The notes beneath the pieces were generated by a model that saw nothing but the letters and a program-made list of their open reading frames with translations, made no database searches and was not told where the DNA came from. The position numbers and the translations under genes were made by a program. Source: Octopus vulgaris (Eukaryota). Taken from it: DNA of 64,000 nt. Location of the stretch: positions 13,206,001 through 13,270,000 of the forward strand of contig OX597839.1 in assembly GCA_951406725.2 (NCBI GenBank). Direction: 5' to 3'. Below are positions 24,251 to 37,926 of this stretch, piece by piece. Position 1 is the first letter of the stretch; each line of letters opens with the position of its first letter.

Positions 24251-24813
24251 TATAGCAAGAATCTTGATATCTACCCCTATTCCACTTCTTCCTTAATAGA
24301 GCTGAGCATCATAGTAGAGAGTTAGATGAGAGCAAGGGTGATGGGGACAGATAGACGTGGATAACAAAAGTGGACAATGTACCCTGACACCTCACAAACA
24401 CCATTGATACTGACCTCTCACTGTTGACTTATTACCTCTGACCTCACCTGACCAGCAGAAACACAGACAGCATTTTGTTAATTGATTTCAATGGTGAATA
24501 TTGTAATTATATTTTTCTCCATAATTTGCTCATATTGTAGAGGTTGAGACATTCATGCAGAACATTCTGACAACTCATACACCAAAGTGTTGGTTCACTA
24601 TTCTCCCCCTGCCTACAATTGTCAGTCAGATTATAGACCCACATAAATATATTATACATTGTATATATGTGATAGATATAGATTTATACACACATACAAT
24701 ATCTATCTATCTATCTATATATATATATATATATATATATAGATAGATTTCCAGCATAAAATCTAAAGAGTATGAGTGTGTGTGTATGTGTCCCTTATCT
24801 GTGAGATCATTAC

Positions 24814-24858
<45 letters not shown>

Positions 24859-24989
24859 ACACACACAAGCATATAGATACATGAGCAGAGAGACATGCAA
24901 GCACAACATGTATGTATACATATCTTGAAATAAATCTCCTGTGTTTCAAATAATTAAAAAAGTAAAATTCCTCTGATAGTGTGTGTGTG

Positions 24990-25025
<36 letters not shown>

Positions 25026-25026
<1 letters not shown>

Positions 25027-25258
25027 CCGAGTAAACACATAAATGTGAAACAAGATGGAAAAAAGAGTACTCAAATACCAGAGGTAGAGTAATATGCTTT
25101 ATTTAAAAGCAGCAGAAATTCAACAAAATCTGTTACTCTAAGTTTCACGTTCTCGTTCGTTGGACAGTTTTGTTCTATTTTAACAAAACTGTCCAACGAA
25201 CGGGAACGTGAAACTCCGAGTAACAGCTTTTGTTGAATTTCTGCTGCTTTTAAATAAA

Positions 25259-25260
<2 letters not shown>
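25026..25260. mobile_element. Fold-back element of the same family as 35173-35464
   Basis: Inverted arms ~25097-25173 and ~25182-25259; hammerhead-like motifs at 25130-25167 (-) and 25189-25226 (+), both with a CCAACGA core; (AT)n flanks. Confidence 0.72.
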
Positions 25261-25298
<38 letters not shown>

Positions 25299-25850
25299 GA
25301 ATGGAGTCGAACAAAGATGTTAACAAAATTCCTTTACTCTCGACATATGTTTCGAAGGTTAAACGAATTTTCGGTTAAACGAATTTTCCATGCTGACGAT
25401 AAACATAGGATAATTCATTCACCTATATATATATATATATATACATATACGTAGATAAAGATAGATATGGCTGGTTTATCGGGTTACCTGGGGTTTCATG
25501 TCCATAAGGCGCTTAGCTTCACAGCATTTCTTCAGACCCTAAACCTGTTGGCCTATACTCTACAACTCTATAACTTGCAGTGTGCTTCTTTTTCAGATTT
25601 ATGATTTACTGACGATCAGTATATATATATAATATACACGATTATCAATATTATCAATTTGTGTTGCAAGATTCCTGATGTAAAATCATGTGTTGAAACA
25701 GATCCCAAAATACAACTATGTATATATATATATATATATATGTATAAAATTAGAAAAAAAACACCTTTTATCAATTCAAAGTAAACAATTAAATTACACC
25801 ATCCAGAAAATTATATATATTAGAAATATTAAAATTAAAATAACAATAAA

Positions 25851-25885
<35 letters not shown>

Positions 25886-25887
25886 TG

Positions 25888-25943
<56 letters not shown>

Positions 25944-26284
25944 TGTATGTGTTTATGTATGTACTGTAAATATATTGCTTATGCCATAAGAATTCATAAA
26001 CTTTTGAGAGACTGTGAAATAATTCTGTTTTGGAACTGGATCTCAAAGCACACACAAATAATAGCATGCAGGTATTAAGTTGAAAAACCCATTTGGGATA
26101 CAAGAATTTGAAGGCTGCCATAGGAGATGAACTCACATCCTCACATCTGTAGACATGATGGGCAGCCTTCAGCTTTTTCTATCCAAAAGGGATTTTCAAC
26201 TGAACATTTATATGCTATTTATATGGGTATACATACATGTTCAACTCCATTCTTTCATTTATATATATATATATATATATATAT

Positions 26285-26598
26285 AATTCTAGAAAAATTC
26301 TCCGCTACCAGTGGTCTAGCGAGAAGGAAAGAATAGTCAATAGACTATATATTATTCATAGAAAAATACAGTGAGCATTTAAGCACATAAGAGATGACTA
26401 TAATAGGACATCTTACTCACTAGAAAGAGCGGTTAAACTCCAAACCACTAATAGTTGCAATTCTTTATTTCTAATTTTTATTTTTATTTCTCTTTCCCTT
26501 TCAGAATTGCAACTATTAGTGGTTTGGAGTTTAACTGCTCTTTCTAGCGAGTCAGATGTCCTATTATGGTAATCTCTTATGTGTTTAAATGTTCACTG

Positions 26599-26603
<5 letters not shown>
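26285..26603. mobile_element. Fold-back microsatellite-embedded element (family of 14894-15349)
   Basis: ~100-bp inverted arms at ~26364-26464 and ~26503-26603; shares tagtcaatagactatatattattcata with the 14.9-kb copy. Confidence 0.65.
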
Positions 26604-26644
<41 letters not shown>

Positions 26645-26867
26645 CATATATACCATTCCTTCAGTATCTGGCTTTGTTATAACTTGAAATGGCTCTTACG
26701 AAAGTGGTATTGATATTTTATGTTGTTCAATCTTTCTCAACTAATCAATAAACCAATTGAGTGAAGCTAACTGTAACGAACCGATAATGACTACTGGAAA
26801 CAGCTGTAAGCCAAATTAACTCCAATAAAGGAGAAATATGTAATTACCATTAATTATACCTTGTCAT

Positions 26868-26913
<46 letters not shown>

Positions 26914-26924
26914 CTGTACATATC

Positions 26925-27310
26925 GTGAAACTAGATTTATGCTAACCTTAGAACCAGCTCTATACAGACATTAGAATGAGATCTGTACAGACCATAGTAC
27001 CTGCTCTATCAAACCATAGAACTATCTTTATATAGACCGTAGTTCCAGCACTATATACACCATAGACAGAGCCTGATATATACAGACCAAAATTAGAACT
27101 AACCAGTTCTGTTAAGACCATAAAACCAGTTCTATGCAGATCAGTGAACTACTTTTATCTGAGTATAAAACCAATGGTGTACAAAATAGGAAACCAGCTC
27201 TATCAAACCAGAAAGACAGTTCCACATAGAGCAATGAACTAGCTCTAAAAAACTAAAGAACCAGCTCTATTAGACCAGGGAACCAATTCTATGCAGAGCA
27301 ATGAACTAGG
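26925..27310 (+). repeat. ~23-bp minisatellite (agaaccagttctatacagaccat)n; second block at ~29358-29640
   Basis: The same unit and orientation occur in both blocks. Confidence 0.78.
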
Positions 27311-27311
27311 T

Positions 27312-27592
<281 letters not shown>

Positions 27593-27732
27593 GGAGGTCA
27601 GGAGGTATGAGATGAATATATTTATTTCACCAGTTGATACCCATAAGATTATGATTGTTCTGTAGCCAAAATTAGGGAAAAATAATTCCATTAGGAGTAC
27701 CACCAGATTAGTTAAATCCATATATTGTGCAT

Positions 27733-27766
<34 letters not shown>

Positions 27767-27800
27767 TATAGATATATATATATATATACACATACATACA

Positions 27801-27833
<33 letters not shown>

Positions 27834-28012
27834 TGTTGGCATTCTGTTTGTCTCAGGAGACAATGGAGTTGCGCATAAAATAATCTAGTCCAGTTTTTAC
27901 ATTTCATGTCCTAATACACCTGTTGTGGCTGTGTAATCCTATCCTGGACAAACACTCCCTCTGGCAGGTGCTGAAAATGTAGTGAAGACTTTGCCTAGCT
28001 GATTGTAATGTC

Positions 28013-28059
<47 letters not shown>

Positions 28060-28631
28060 ATTTAGAGATAGGCCGCTTATTTAGTTATTCCATCAATAGT
28101 GAAAAGATATTATCTATAATAACCACATAGAAATTAATTAAATATCTTATAGTTGTTATTCTAAAATTCTCATAACAAATCAAACTTTAAATTGACTACA
28201 TGCGTTTTATTATTACATTCCCTAACTGTTAATAATATATATATATATATAAACACCATATAGTTTTTCTGGTGCATCTAAGTTAAGTATCACATTCAAG
28301 TAAATTCATTGGAATTTACTTGAATCTTAATTGCTTTGATTAAATTATATATATATATATATACGCACACACACACACACACATATTAATTGAAGTGTAC
28401 AGTATTATATATATCCATCATGGCTGATCTTACCAATCAGTTTCACACTAGTGGTTCAATGGAGTGTTAGATAACAGTCCAATTATGCAACCCTGCACTT
28501 TTCAGAGGTAGCCATTTGCAGGATTCATTAGAATCTAGATATATCAACATGTAGGGCACTATGATTGGTTGGATACTTAGTATTGAACTTACAGTATATT
28601 GAAGCAATTCATTTTTGGTAGTATACTCTAC

Positions 28632-28731
28632 ATTATTCAATAGCCAAGATAAAACTCTGAGTTTCAGATGCCAAGGTGGAAATCCACCCCAGCATCTGAA
28701 ACTCAGAGTTTTATCTTGGCTATTGAATAAT
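28632..28731. repeat. Perfect 40-bp inverted repeat with a 20-nt loop
   Basis: 28632-28671 is the exact reverse complement of 28692-28731; the loop itself contains ggtgga-aa-tccacc. Confidence 0.9.
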
Positions 28732-28816
28732 TGTCACATATTATTTTACAGATAAATTTCCTCTATTTACATAATATTGAGGTCTCTTTCTTTCTTTTAT
28801 TATCTTACCGTTTTTA

Positions 28817-28867
<51 letters not shown>

Positions 28868-29892
28868 GATGGACTTCTGTCAGTTTCTGTCAACCAAATC
28901 CACTCACAAGGCTTTGGTCAGCCGGAAGCTATAGTAGAAGACACTTGCCCAAAGTGCCACACACTAGGACTGGATCTGGAACCATGTGGTTGGGAAGCAA
29001 GCTTCTTACCACACAGCCACATGGAAGCAGAGGAAGTGAAGGCACATGGGATGGAGAATCACTGAAGAGGTCACAGCATATGTGACAAAAGAGATTAGAC
29101 AGAGACACTAAAATAATAAAAATAAAGCTGAAGTGAAGACCAAATATATGGTGTGTTTAATCGGCCAAATATGACCATCCCCGAGTATAAGAATATATAT
29201 AGGGAGAGTTTACGAAAAAACAAAAGACGAAGAGAGGTAGTGTACAAAACAAACAGATGTATTAGTATAACGCTCAGGAATAGAAAAAGTCTTTTACGTT
29301 TCAAATATATATATATAAGAATATATATATTTATAAATACACACACACATACACACAAAAGAACTAATTCTATCAGACCAGATAATAAGGTTTATACAGA
29401 CTATAGAACTAGTTCTGTCCAGACCATGGATAGAACCAGTTCTATACAGGCCGTAAACAGAACTAGTTCTATACAGACTACAGAGTCAGTTCTATACAGG
29501 CTATAGAACCAGTCCAATATGGATCACAAATAAAAATCAATTCCGTTATAGATTCTAGATTCAATTCTATCAGACCATAGAACTAGTTCTATACAGACCA
29601 AAGATAGAATCAGTTCCCTAAAGACAACAAAACTAGTCCTGTATTTAATTCATGTCTGCTACATTTTCATTTCATATTATTTATTTTTGTCCCTCGTTAA
29701 ACATATCTCTGAATTTTCCGGGTCTGTACATCTACAAATAAGATCCCATCAAATCACTCACTCTTTGAACTCTTAATTAAAATACTAAATAGTGTGCTTA
29801 CTAATTAATTTAGTCCAGCATATATATATACATATACATAAATACACACACACACATATATATATACATAAATACATATATATATATTTATA

Positions 29893-29941
<49 letters not shown>

Positions 29942-29993
29942 ATATATGTATATATATATATACATAAATACATACATATATATATATGTATAT

Positions 29994-30032
<39 letters not shown>

Positions 30033-30158
30033 CATACACACACACTCATAAATACATATATATATATATTTATATATATATATATATATATATACATACA
30101 TACATACACACACACTCATAAATACATATATATATATATATGCATAAATACATCTATA

Positions 30159-30218
<60 letters not shown>

Positions 30219-30240
30219 AAACATGCATATAATATGTATG

Positions 30241-30271
<31 letters not shown>

Positions 30272-30793
30272 CTGTGACAAACATGTAGGAGACTTTCGGT
30301 CTTAATTTCTGCTTGCAACTAACTGGTTAATGTCTAAATGTTAAATTTATGCCAGGCTTCTGAAGTGATGCCATTAATTATTACAGGTCACCATCATTTG
30401 CTCTGACTCTTACCAGAGGTCACTCTTGTTTTGTCTGACCTTTTGTGATCTCTTGCAGGTAGTGGCAACAGTTTCTCTTTATGACCGAACTTTATGTGTA
30501 TGTCCGTACGAATGCGCATGTGAATGCGTATCTGTGTTTGCATGTGTGCATGCATGTATGTGAATCTGTATTGTGTGTGTGTGTGTGTCTGTGTGTGTGT
30601 TTGCGTGTGCATGTGTGTTTCATGTGCATATAGTCAACTTTGTTTTACAAACATTCACTGCCTTTTGAAATGTTTTCATCTAAAAATAAAACACATTGTT
30701 GTCACGGTGATTTCATTGTTGTTGTTATTATTTGGGTTTCAAAATTTGGCACAAGGCCAACAGTTTTTGGAAGAGTGGGGATAAGCTGAGTAA

Positions 30794-31011
30794 CCCTTTC
30801 GTTACCAACCTGGTTGAAACCAGCTCTGGCTCTGTTGTACAAATGTCTTATTTTCATAAGGTTTTAATTAAAATCTTCCACCAATCCTTAGTCACAATTT
30901 ATGTTCCTAACACTAGCTGAATGATAACTAAGTTATTTTACTAAATTCTTTATTATATTTAAAGTAATTGAAAGAAACACAGAGCATCTCAAAATTACAG
31001 TAATGAAAGGG
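30794..31011. mobile_element. piggyBac-like MITE inserted in a degenerate SINE
   Basis: gtaa-CCCTTTCGTTAC ... GTAATGAAAGGG-TTAA. Confidence 0.65.
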
Positions 31012-31169
31012 TTAAATTGATCCCAGTGTTCAACTGGTTCATATTTTGTTAACCCCCAAAAGGATGAAAAGCAAAGTTAACCCTGATGGAATTTGAACTC
31101 AGAACGTAAAGAGAGATGAAATGCCACTAAGCATTTTGCCTGGTGGGCAGCTTGCCTCCTTTCCTCCTC

Positions 31170-31209
<40 letters not shown>

Positions 31210-33039
31210 CAAGAGTTTTCTTTATTCCAACACACACACACACACACAATTTTTTTCTACAGGTAGAAGGCCTGAAATTTTGGTGGAAGGAGCTAGTGGT
31301 TACATTGATCCCCATGCTCAACTGGTAATTATTTTATCAGCCCTGAAAGAACGAATGGCAAAAATCAACCTTGGTGGAATTTGAACTCAGACTGTAAAGC
31401 TGAAAGAAATGCCTCTAAGCATTTTGTCCAGCATGCTAATGATTCTGCCAGCTCACTGCCTTACATACACATATGTAATGGTTTCAAATTTGATCACAAG
31501 GCCAGTAAGTTTGGCGGAGAGGGTAAATTGATTTTTTTTTTTTTACCCTAGTTCTCAACTGGTACTTTTTTTATCGACTGGGAAGGGATGAAAGGTGGAA
31601 TTTGAACCCAGAATGTTAACCTAAAAACTGGCTCTCTGTCAGTTATGATGACAAGGGGTTTTGGTTGATCTGATCAATGGAATAGTCTGCTCATAAAATT
31701 AATGTGTAAGTGGTTGGGTACTCAACCACTTACACATTAATTTGGCAGACTTGGCATACCATGATTGCTAATGTGCAGACCCACGCTGTGGCTACGCTTT
31801 GAAGGTTCCCTTCGTAATCGATAAAATAAAATATCAATTGAGCACTGAGGCCAATGGAAATGACCCATCTCCACAAGAATTGCAGGTCTTGTGTCTACAG
31901 TAGAAAAACTTTCGAATTTGGGGACAAGGCAGGCAATTTCAGTTGAGTGGCTGAGTCGATTTACATCAACCCCAGTGCTCAACTGGTACTTATTTTATCG
32001 AACCCGAAAGGATGAAAGGCAAAGGCGACTGCGGTGGAATTTGAACTTAGAACATGAAGACAGACAAAATACCTATTTCTTTACAAGGGGCTACACACAG
32101 AGGGGACAAACAAGGACAGACAAACGGATTAAGTCGATTATATCGACCCCAGTGCGCAACTGGTACTTATTTAATCGACCCCGAAAGGAGGAAAGGCAAT
32201 GTCGACCTCGGCGGAATTTGAACTGGGAACGTAGCGGCAGAAGAAATACCTATTTCTTTACTACCCACGAGGGTCTAAACACAGAAGGGACAAACGGATT
32301 AAGTCGATTAAATCGACTCCAGTGTGCAACTGGTACTTATTTAACCAACCCCAAAGGATGAAAGGCAAAGTCGACCTCGGCGGAATTTGAACTCAGAACG
32401 TAACGGTAGACGAAATACCGCTAAACACTTCGCCCGGCGTGCTAACGATTCTGCCTTTTAGCCGCCTTGAGGGTTATTAATCTCGCTGTTGTTTTTATTT
32501 AACAGCAGGTCAGCCCTGATGGAGTAGACCTATCATCAAAAGCATTCCGGCTGTATACCAATATTTGCCATTAGAGTAGAAAATACAAAAACTGATATAA
32601 CGCAATCTTGAATAAATATCCACGAGTTATGTCCCTTTGACTGCAAAATTCACACAATACAATGAATGAACATAATTTAAAATAGAGAATATAAGCATTA
32701 ATGCCGTGTAGTTATCATAACTACTCAGTATTAATGTTTATATTCTCTATTTTAAATTAAATGTGTTTCGAGTGATACGAAATATTTTGCTTTTTCATTT
32801 TCTATATTAATCTATGTACATACATACATACATACATGCGTACGTATGTACACACACGCGCATTTAAACTTAGGTATACACACATCTAATTACACATTAC
32901 CAGACACACGTAGACATACATTTGAGTTCGTTTATGGTTGTCCATCGGACTGAATGTGGCTATTTGCTCTTTCAGTTATGGATCCTTTGAGCCCTCTGCA
33001 ACGTAATATGAAGTTTTAGTTACAGATAAAACATAAATA

Positions 33040-33464
33040 GGATCTTTTCGGTTTGACCGGCAGTTTTTAAAAATAATTTCCACGTAACTAAACACTTTTA
33101 AATTTCGTATACTGATAGAATGTGTTTATAAAACATCTTTTTCTCTTGGCTTTATTGAAAAAATTCTATTGTTTGTAAGATATTTGTTGTTGTTTTTCTT
33201 CAATTTCTGCAATTTCAACCAATCAGTGACGTCTATTGAGGTAAAAAAACATTCTGTGCCTTATGAATATGTCCCTCGTTTAAGAAACAGATTGGATTTA
33301 TTTACATTTCTGAAGAAAAAAAGGTACCCTTCCCTCCACCCCTAACCCTAACTCTAACCCTAAAAGAGATTGAAATGCAATAGATCGATACTAGGGTCAT
33401 AATTATGAGTGACAATTTCATATGACACCGCTGGAAAAAACTGCCGTTCAAACCGAAAAGATCC
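33040..33464 (+). mobile_element. MITE with GG-initiated TIRs (Merlin-like) and an internal (CCCTAA)n tract, copy 1
   Basis: TIR GGATCTTTTCGGTTTGA.CGGCAGTTTT and its reverse complement; three homologous copies in the window. Confidence 0.8.
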
Positions 33465-33789
33465 AATGGATTAGACTCGACATTATGCACCAGGCTAATA
33501 TTTAAAAAGGCAAAATGATGATTTGCATACATAGAGAAGTTTCAATAAAAATTATTTTCTAGTTAGTAAAAGCTGGTTTAAAAGTTTTAAGAAGTGTTTC
33601 AGTTTGCGTGTCATAAAAATGACTGATGAAGCTGCCAGTGTTGTTACAGAGCAGCTGAAGAAAATCATTATTAAAGGCCAATAATACAATGTTTATGAAA
33701 CTGCACATTTTTGGAAGTATATACCAGCTAGAACTTTCATTTCTAGCTAGAACTTTTATTTATATTACCAACAAAGCCAAGCTCATCGT

Positions 33790-34322
33790 CAATGAATCAT
33801 GCATCTTAATTGCTTTTTAATACTCCTCTGAGACTTCGACTACATTATCTGTTTCTTTATTTCCCACAAGGGGCTAAACACAGAGGGGACAAACAAGGAC
33901 AGACAAAGGGATTAAGTCGATTACATCGACCCTAGTGCGTAACTGGTACTTAATTTATCGACCCCGAAAGGATGAAAGGCAAAGTTGACCTCGGCGGAAT
34001 TTGAACTCAGAACGTAACGGCAGACGAAATACGGCTACGCATTTCGCCTGGCGTGCTAACATTTCTGCCAGCTCGCCGATTATCGTCGTTACATCAAGGC
34101 TTTGAAAAGATTCTACCAAACTTGCATTAGGAGGATCTTAAACATCAAATGGCAGTCTCTAATACCAGGCACCGTTGTCTTTCTACAATCCAACGCATCT
34201 AATATTGAAATGTTCCGCATAGGCAATCAGAGGTGTTGGGCTGGGTAGCTTACTAGGAAGCAAGATGAGATGTTACATAAGGAGTTGTTCTATGGGTAGT
34301 TGGGACACGGTAAACATCTAAG
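33790..34322 (+). mobile_element. RTE LINE RT fossil split by a family B SINE
   Basis: YSSETSTT | YRRYIKALKRFYQTCIRRILNIKWQSLIP..SNIE..QRCWAG*..KELFYG*L; target duplication attatc at 33844-33849 and 34079-34084. Confidence 0.8.
33850..34078 (-). mobile_element. SINE family B (central gcctttcatcctttcggggtcgataaa..gtaccag, Meta-domain-like)
   Basis: tRNA-like head ggcgagctggcagaa..gagttcaaattcc; other copies at about 18417-18643-, 22981-23216-, 31960-32467- (tandem), 44440-44705-, 50197-50343+ and 55340-55569-. Confidence 0.85.
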
Positions 34323-34327
34323 ACATA

Positions 34328-34535
34328 TGAAGGGGTGCTGAAAAGTTCCTGACTTTAAGGGTGTCGCAAAAGGCCCAGCTGGAAGCCCGGCGTTCCAAAT
34401 TCTTTCACGAGGCTTTGAAAAACTGAAGGACCGCTGCAATAAGAGTGTGAATCTGAAAAGCGAATATGTTGACTAAAATCATAAATCCTCCTGCATTTTC
34501 TTTTACCCAAAGCCAGGAACTTTTCAGCAGACCCT

Positions 34536-34537
<2 letters not shown>
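34328..34537 (+). mobile_element. Mariner-type MITE (partial second copy at ~34829-34950)
   Basis: TIRs tgaaggggtgctgaaaagttcctg / caggaacttttcagcagaccctcg; remnant GFEKLKDRCNKSVNLKSEYVD*. Confidence 0.75.
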
Positions 34538-34578
<41 letters not shown>

Positions 34579-34689
34579 ATAAACAAAAGACACCGGAGTA
34601 AACACATAAATGTGAAACAAGGTGGAAAAAAGAGTACTCAAATACCAGTGGTAGAGTAATATGCTTTATTTAAAGCAGCAGAAAATTCA

Positions 34690-34749
<60 letters not shown>

Positions 34750-35139
34750 ATATATATTCATACACACACACACATATATATATATATACATACATATATA
34801 TATACACAAGGGTGTATATATATATATAAAGTTCCTGGCTTTAGGGGTGTCGCGAAAGGCCTGGTTGGAGGCCTAATCTTCCAAGTCCTTTTACAGGGCT
34901 TACAAAAATTGAAGAGCTGCTACAATAAGTGTGTAAATCTGAGAGGGGAATACGTTTGTTCTTAAAAGGTAAGTTTTTGATCCACAGCTGGGACATTCTG
35001 AGATATTTCAGCATCAAACAGAACAAATTTGCTTACTGGACGGAACCACGCACAGACCCTTCAACCCGGGACATATAGCAAGTTTTTCAATCCATCCATT
35101 CATCTTCACCAACCTGGGAGTGTGTGTGTTTTATGCATA

Positions 35140-35172
<33 letters not shown>

Positions 35173-35173
<1 letters not shown>

Positions 35174-35464
35174 CCGGAGTAAACACATAAATATGAAACA
35201 AGGTGGAAAAAAAGAGTACTCAAATACCAGGGGTAGAGTAATATGCTTTATTTAAAAGCAGCAAAAATTCAACAAAACCTGTTACTCAGAGTTTCACGTT
35301 CCCGTTCGTCGGACAGTTTTTGCTAGAATAGAACCGATATGACAATTCTCAAGTCTTGATAGAATTGTCATATCGGTTCTATTTTAACAAAACTGTCCGA
35401 CGAACGGGAACGTGAAACTCCGAGTAACAGGTTTTGTTGAATTTCTGCTGCTTTTAAATAAAGT
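35173..35464. mobile_element. Fold-back Penelope-tail-like element in (AT)n with two hammerhead-like motifs
   Basis: Long inverted arms; + motif at 35393-35430 CTGT-CCGACGA-ACG(ggaa)CGT-GAAA-CTCcGAG-TA-ACAG and - motif at 35279-35316; same family as 25026-25260 and the fragment at 34593-34690. Confidence 0.72.
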
Positions 35465-35879
35465 ATATATATATATATATATAGAAAGAGAGAGAGAGAG
35501 TCTAACTTTAACTGGAGAACTTAAAGGTCAGAGTATGGTGGGAAAAATTAATGACCAAGACATTGAATGTTGGTCGGCTATCGGCCACCTGTGTGTGTGT
35601 ATGTACGTACACGCGCGTGAGTATATATATGCACACGCATACATATAAATATACAGGCATATATATTTGCATAGATATACACACATATATATGAATGAAA
35701 CGTCATATACATATCAGTATGAATGTAAACAAAATACAGATTAGTCAGTATTCCTTTTATATTTATTTACTAGTATCTGAAACTTCCCTCTATTATTGCA
35801 ACCAGTGACTTCTTCCTTGGATATGCCTGTGCGTATGCCAGCGTGTATGTGTGAATATGTGTTTGTGTTTGTGTGTGTG

Positions 35880-36200
35880 GAGAGAAAGAGAGAGAGAGGG
35901 AGATGGGAGACAGACAAACAGACAGAGATAGACAGACAACAGGCAGACAGAGAAAGAGAGAGAGAAAGAAACGAAAAGAGATTGTTTTAGAGATAAAAGG
36001 GAAAGAGAGAAAACACTAGAGAGGGGGAAGAAAGAAGTAGAGAGAGAAATAAGCAGACAGAAAGAGAGAGTGAGAGACAGAGAGAAACAGATAGAAAGAT
36101 AAAAAGAGAGAGGCAGAGAAAGAGAGGCAAAGAGGGGCATAGAGAGAGAGAGAAAGAAAGAGAGTGGCACAGAGAGAGAGACGGAGGGCGGGAATCAGTT
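35880..36200 (+). promoter_or_regulatory. Candidate core promoter of the Hillarin-like gene
   Basis: ~300-bp GA-rich tract followed by GGGCGG and an Inr-like TCAGTT (36195-36200), then ~660 bp of repeat-free sequence up to the ATG. Confidence 0.3.
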
Positions 36201-36859
36201 AAGCAGGAGAGAGGGGGAGTTATTTGAGCGAGTGTTAAGGTGTAAAATGCTGTGACGACAATATTACATAGTTTGTTATAAGACAGGTAACCAGGAGAAG
36301 TAGCCTCAATCTTGTTGGCAGAGTTTATCATACAGGTTGCAGGGCCTCAGGTGGTTGTTTTGCTTAAGCAGAGACAATAAACAGGTATGTGATCCTGAAC
36401 TGGGTCACACACGCACAACTCACTTTCTCAGCCAGGAGGAAAACATCGGTAAAGCTCACAATGAGAATCGTTGTACGGAGATGCTGTGTAGACCGTTGTT
36501 TAATGAAGTTCTCAACAGTTAATTAGCCTTGATCAACTGCCGTATGCGGTACCTGATATGAATTAAGTTCAACGCCAGGTTTTCTGCACGCCTCTTTTTC
36601 TCTATTATGATGTTACCGACCCAAGAAGGGATGTACTGCCGTATGATCTTTATTGACCTAGTGTGGGAAATTTTGTTTACAAACACTTTTTGATGTATGA
36701 ATCACAGGACTTCATTTCTATCGTTGGAATACGTTAATTTATATGACTATACAATTAATATAAACGTTTTTTTAACCTAAAAAAATATTCAAAAAAAAGA
36801 AACCATTGCTATATTTGGTTTAATGATTTAAATATTTTGTTTCACTTTGATTTAACGAT

Positions 36860-37306
36860 ATGGCTTTGGACAACTCTGGTTCATCGAGGAAAGGGTCTCC
36901 AGTAGATCGTGATCAGTCCGATGGAAAACCTGCTTTTAAATATAGTTTCGCTTATGAGAGGGCAACCCTATACGAATACAAGTTCGAACGTCAGGCGGAG
37001 CCCGATGAAGTTAATCCATGTCTTAGGTGTAACAAAACCGTGTCACGTCCCGATGAAATGGTTAGCATTGGACCTGATGTACAGTTCCATAAACAATGTT
37101 TTCGATGTCGAATCTGCGGCATGCCTCTTACCCAACAGACATTCTATCGCAACGACCGCATCAACGGGAATATGGACAAAGAAGTTTACTGTAAGACTCA
37201 TGTTGGTAAAACCCCTGGAGAGATCGAAGGAGCAACTATAACGCAAACGACGGCACCTGTTCGTGGGGGAAGCAAAGACTCACCAAATTCCAAATATATT
37301 ATTCAA
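36860..37306 (+). CDS. Hil: First coding exon of a Hillarin/LTD-1-like LIM-domain protein (orthologue versus paralogue unresolved)
   Basis: ATG at 36860; LIM pattern CLRC..FHKQCFRCRIC..DKEVYCKTHVGKTPG with a long second finger and the DKEVYC..HV.K..PG signature recalled from Hillarin; GTaagt donor at 37307 (phase 0); no downstream exon recognised in the window. Confidence 0.75.
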
Positions 37307-37926
37307 GTAAGTTTTCTTATAATTCTTTAGTTTTCTTTTAAAACAGATACCCTTTTCTTGACACTTTTGGCCGGAAATTACACACACATTAATCAACATA
37401 TACTTCCTTACTGAAGCAAATCCGAATATTTGACGGTTTCACTTCAAAAATCATAACGTCCACCTGTCTTAAAATATACCTTGTTAATTGGGATGTTTAA
37501 TATTTCGTTTAAACCAAATTTAATTTTTCAACCAGTTGTTTTTTTAGTAAAAGCAGTTTTTCAACAGATCCAAACACACATAGTTTATTCGCATTGGTGA
37601 TCGTTTGGATCAGCCAAAACAATTAATATAATTGATAAAATAACATAGATTTGTATCGTGAGTAGAGGCGTGCTGTGAGGTATCGGTCAGTACGTAGCAG
37701 CTCACTTTGCTGAACTTAACCCTTAGCTTTATGCTAAATACCTACTTAGTTATTCCACCCCTTCCTACAATCACCTGTCGAATAGATGTGTCTACTTGAC
37801 ACTCCTCAACATTCTTTGAACTCGGACCTTTCTTAAACTATCATGTCAAACCAGGTCAGTCACGATGTATCTATCGCCTGTTCTCATTTTTCTCAGTCGC
37901 GGTTTCGATTGTTGGTGGAAATTAAG

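Noticed and set aside
26925-27310. Regularly spaced repeats resembling a CRISPR array
   Set aside because: Degenerate tandem units without unique spacers, no cas genes, and a eukaryotic context
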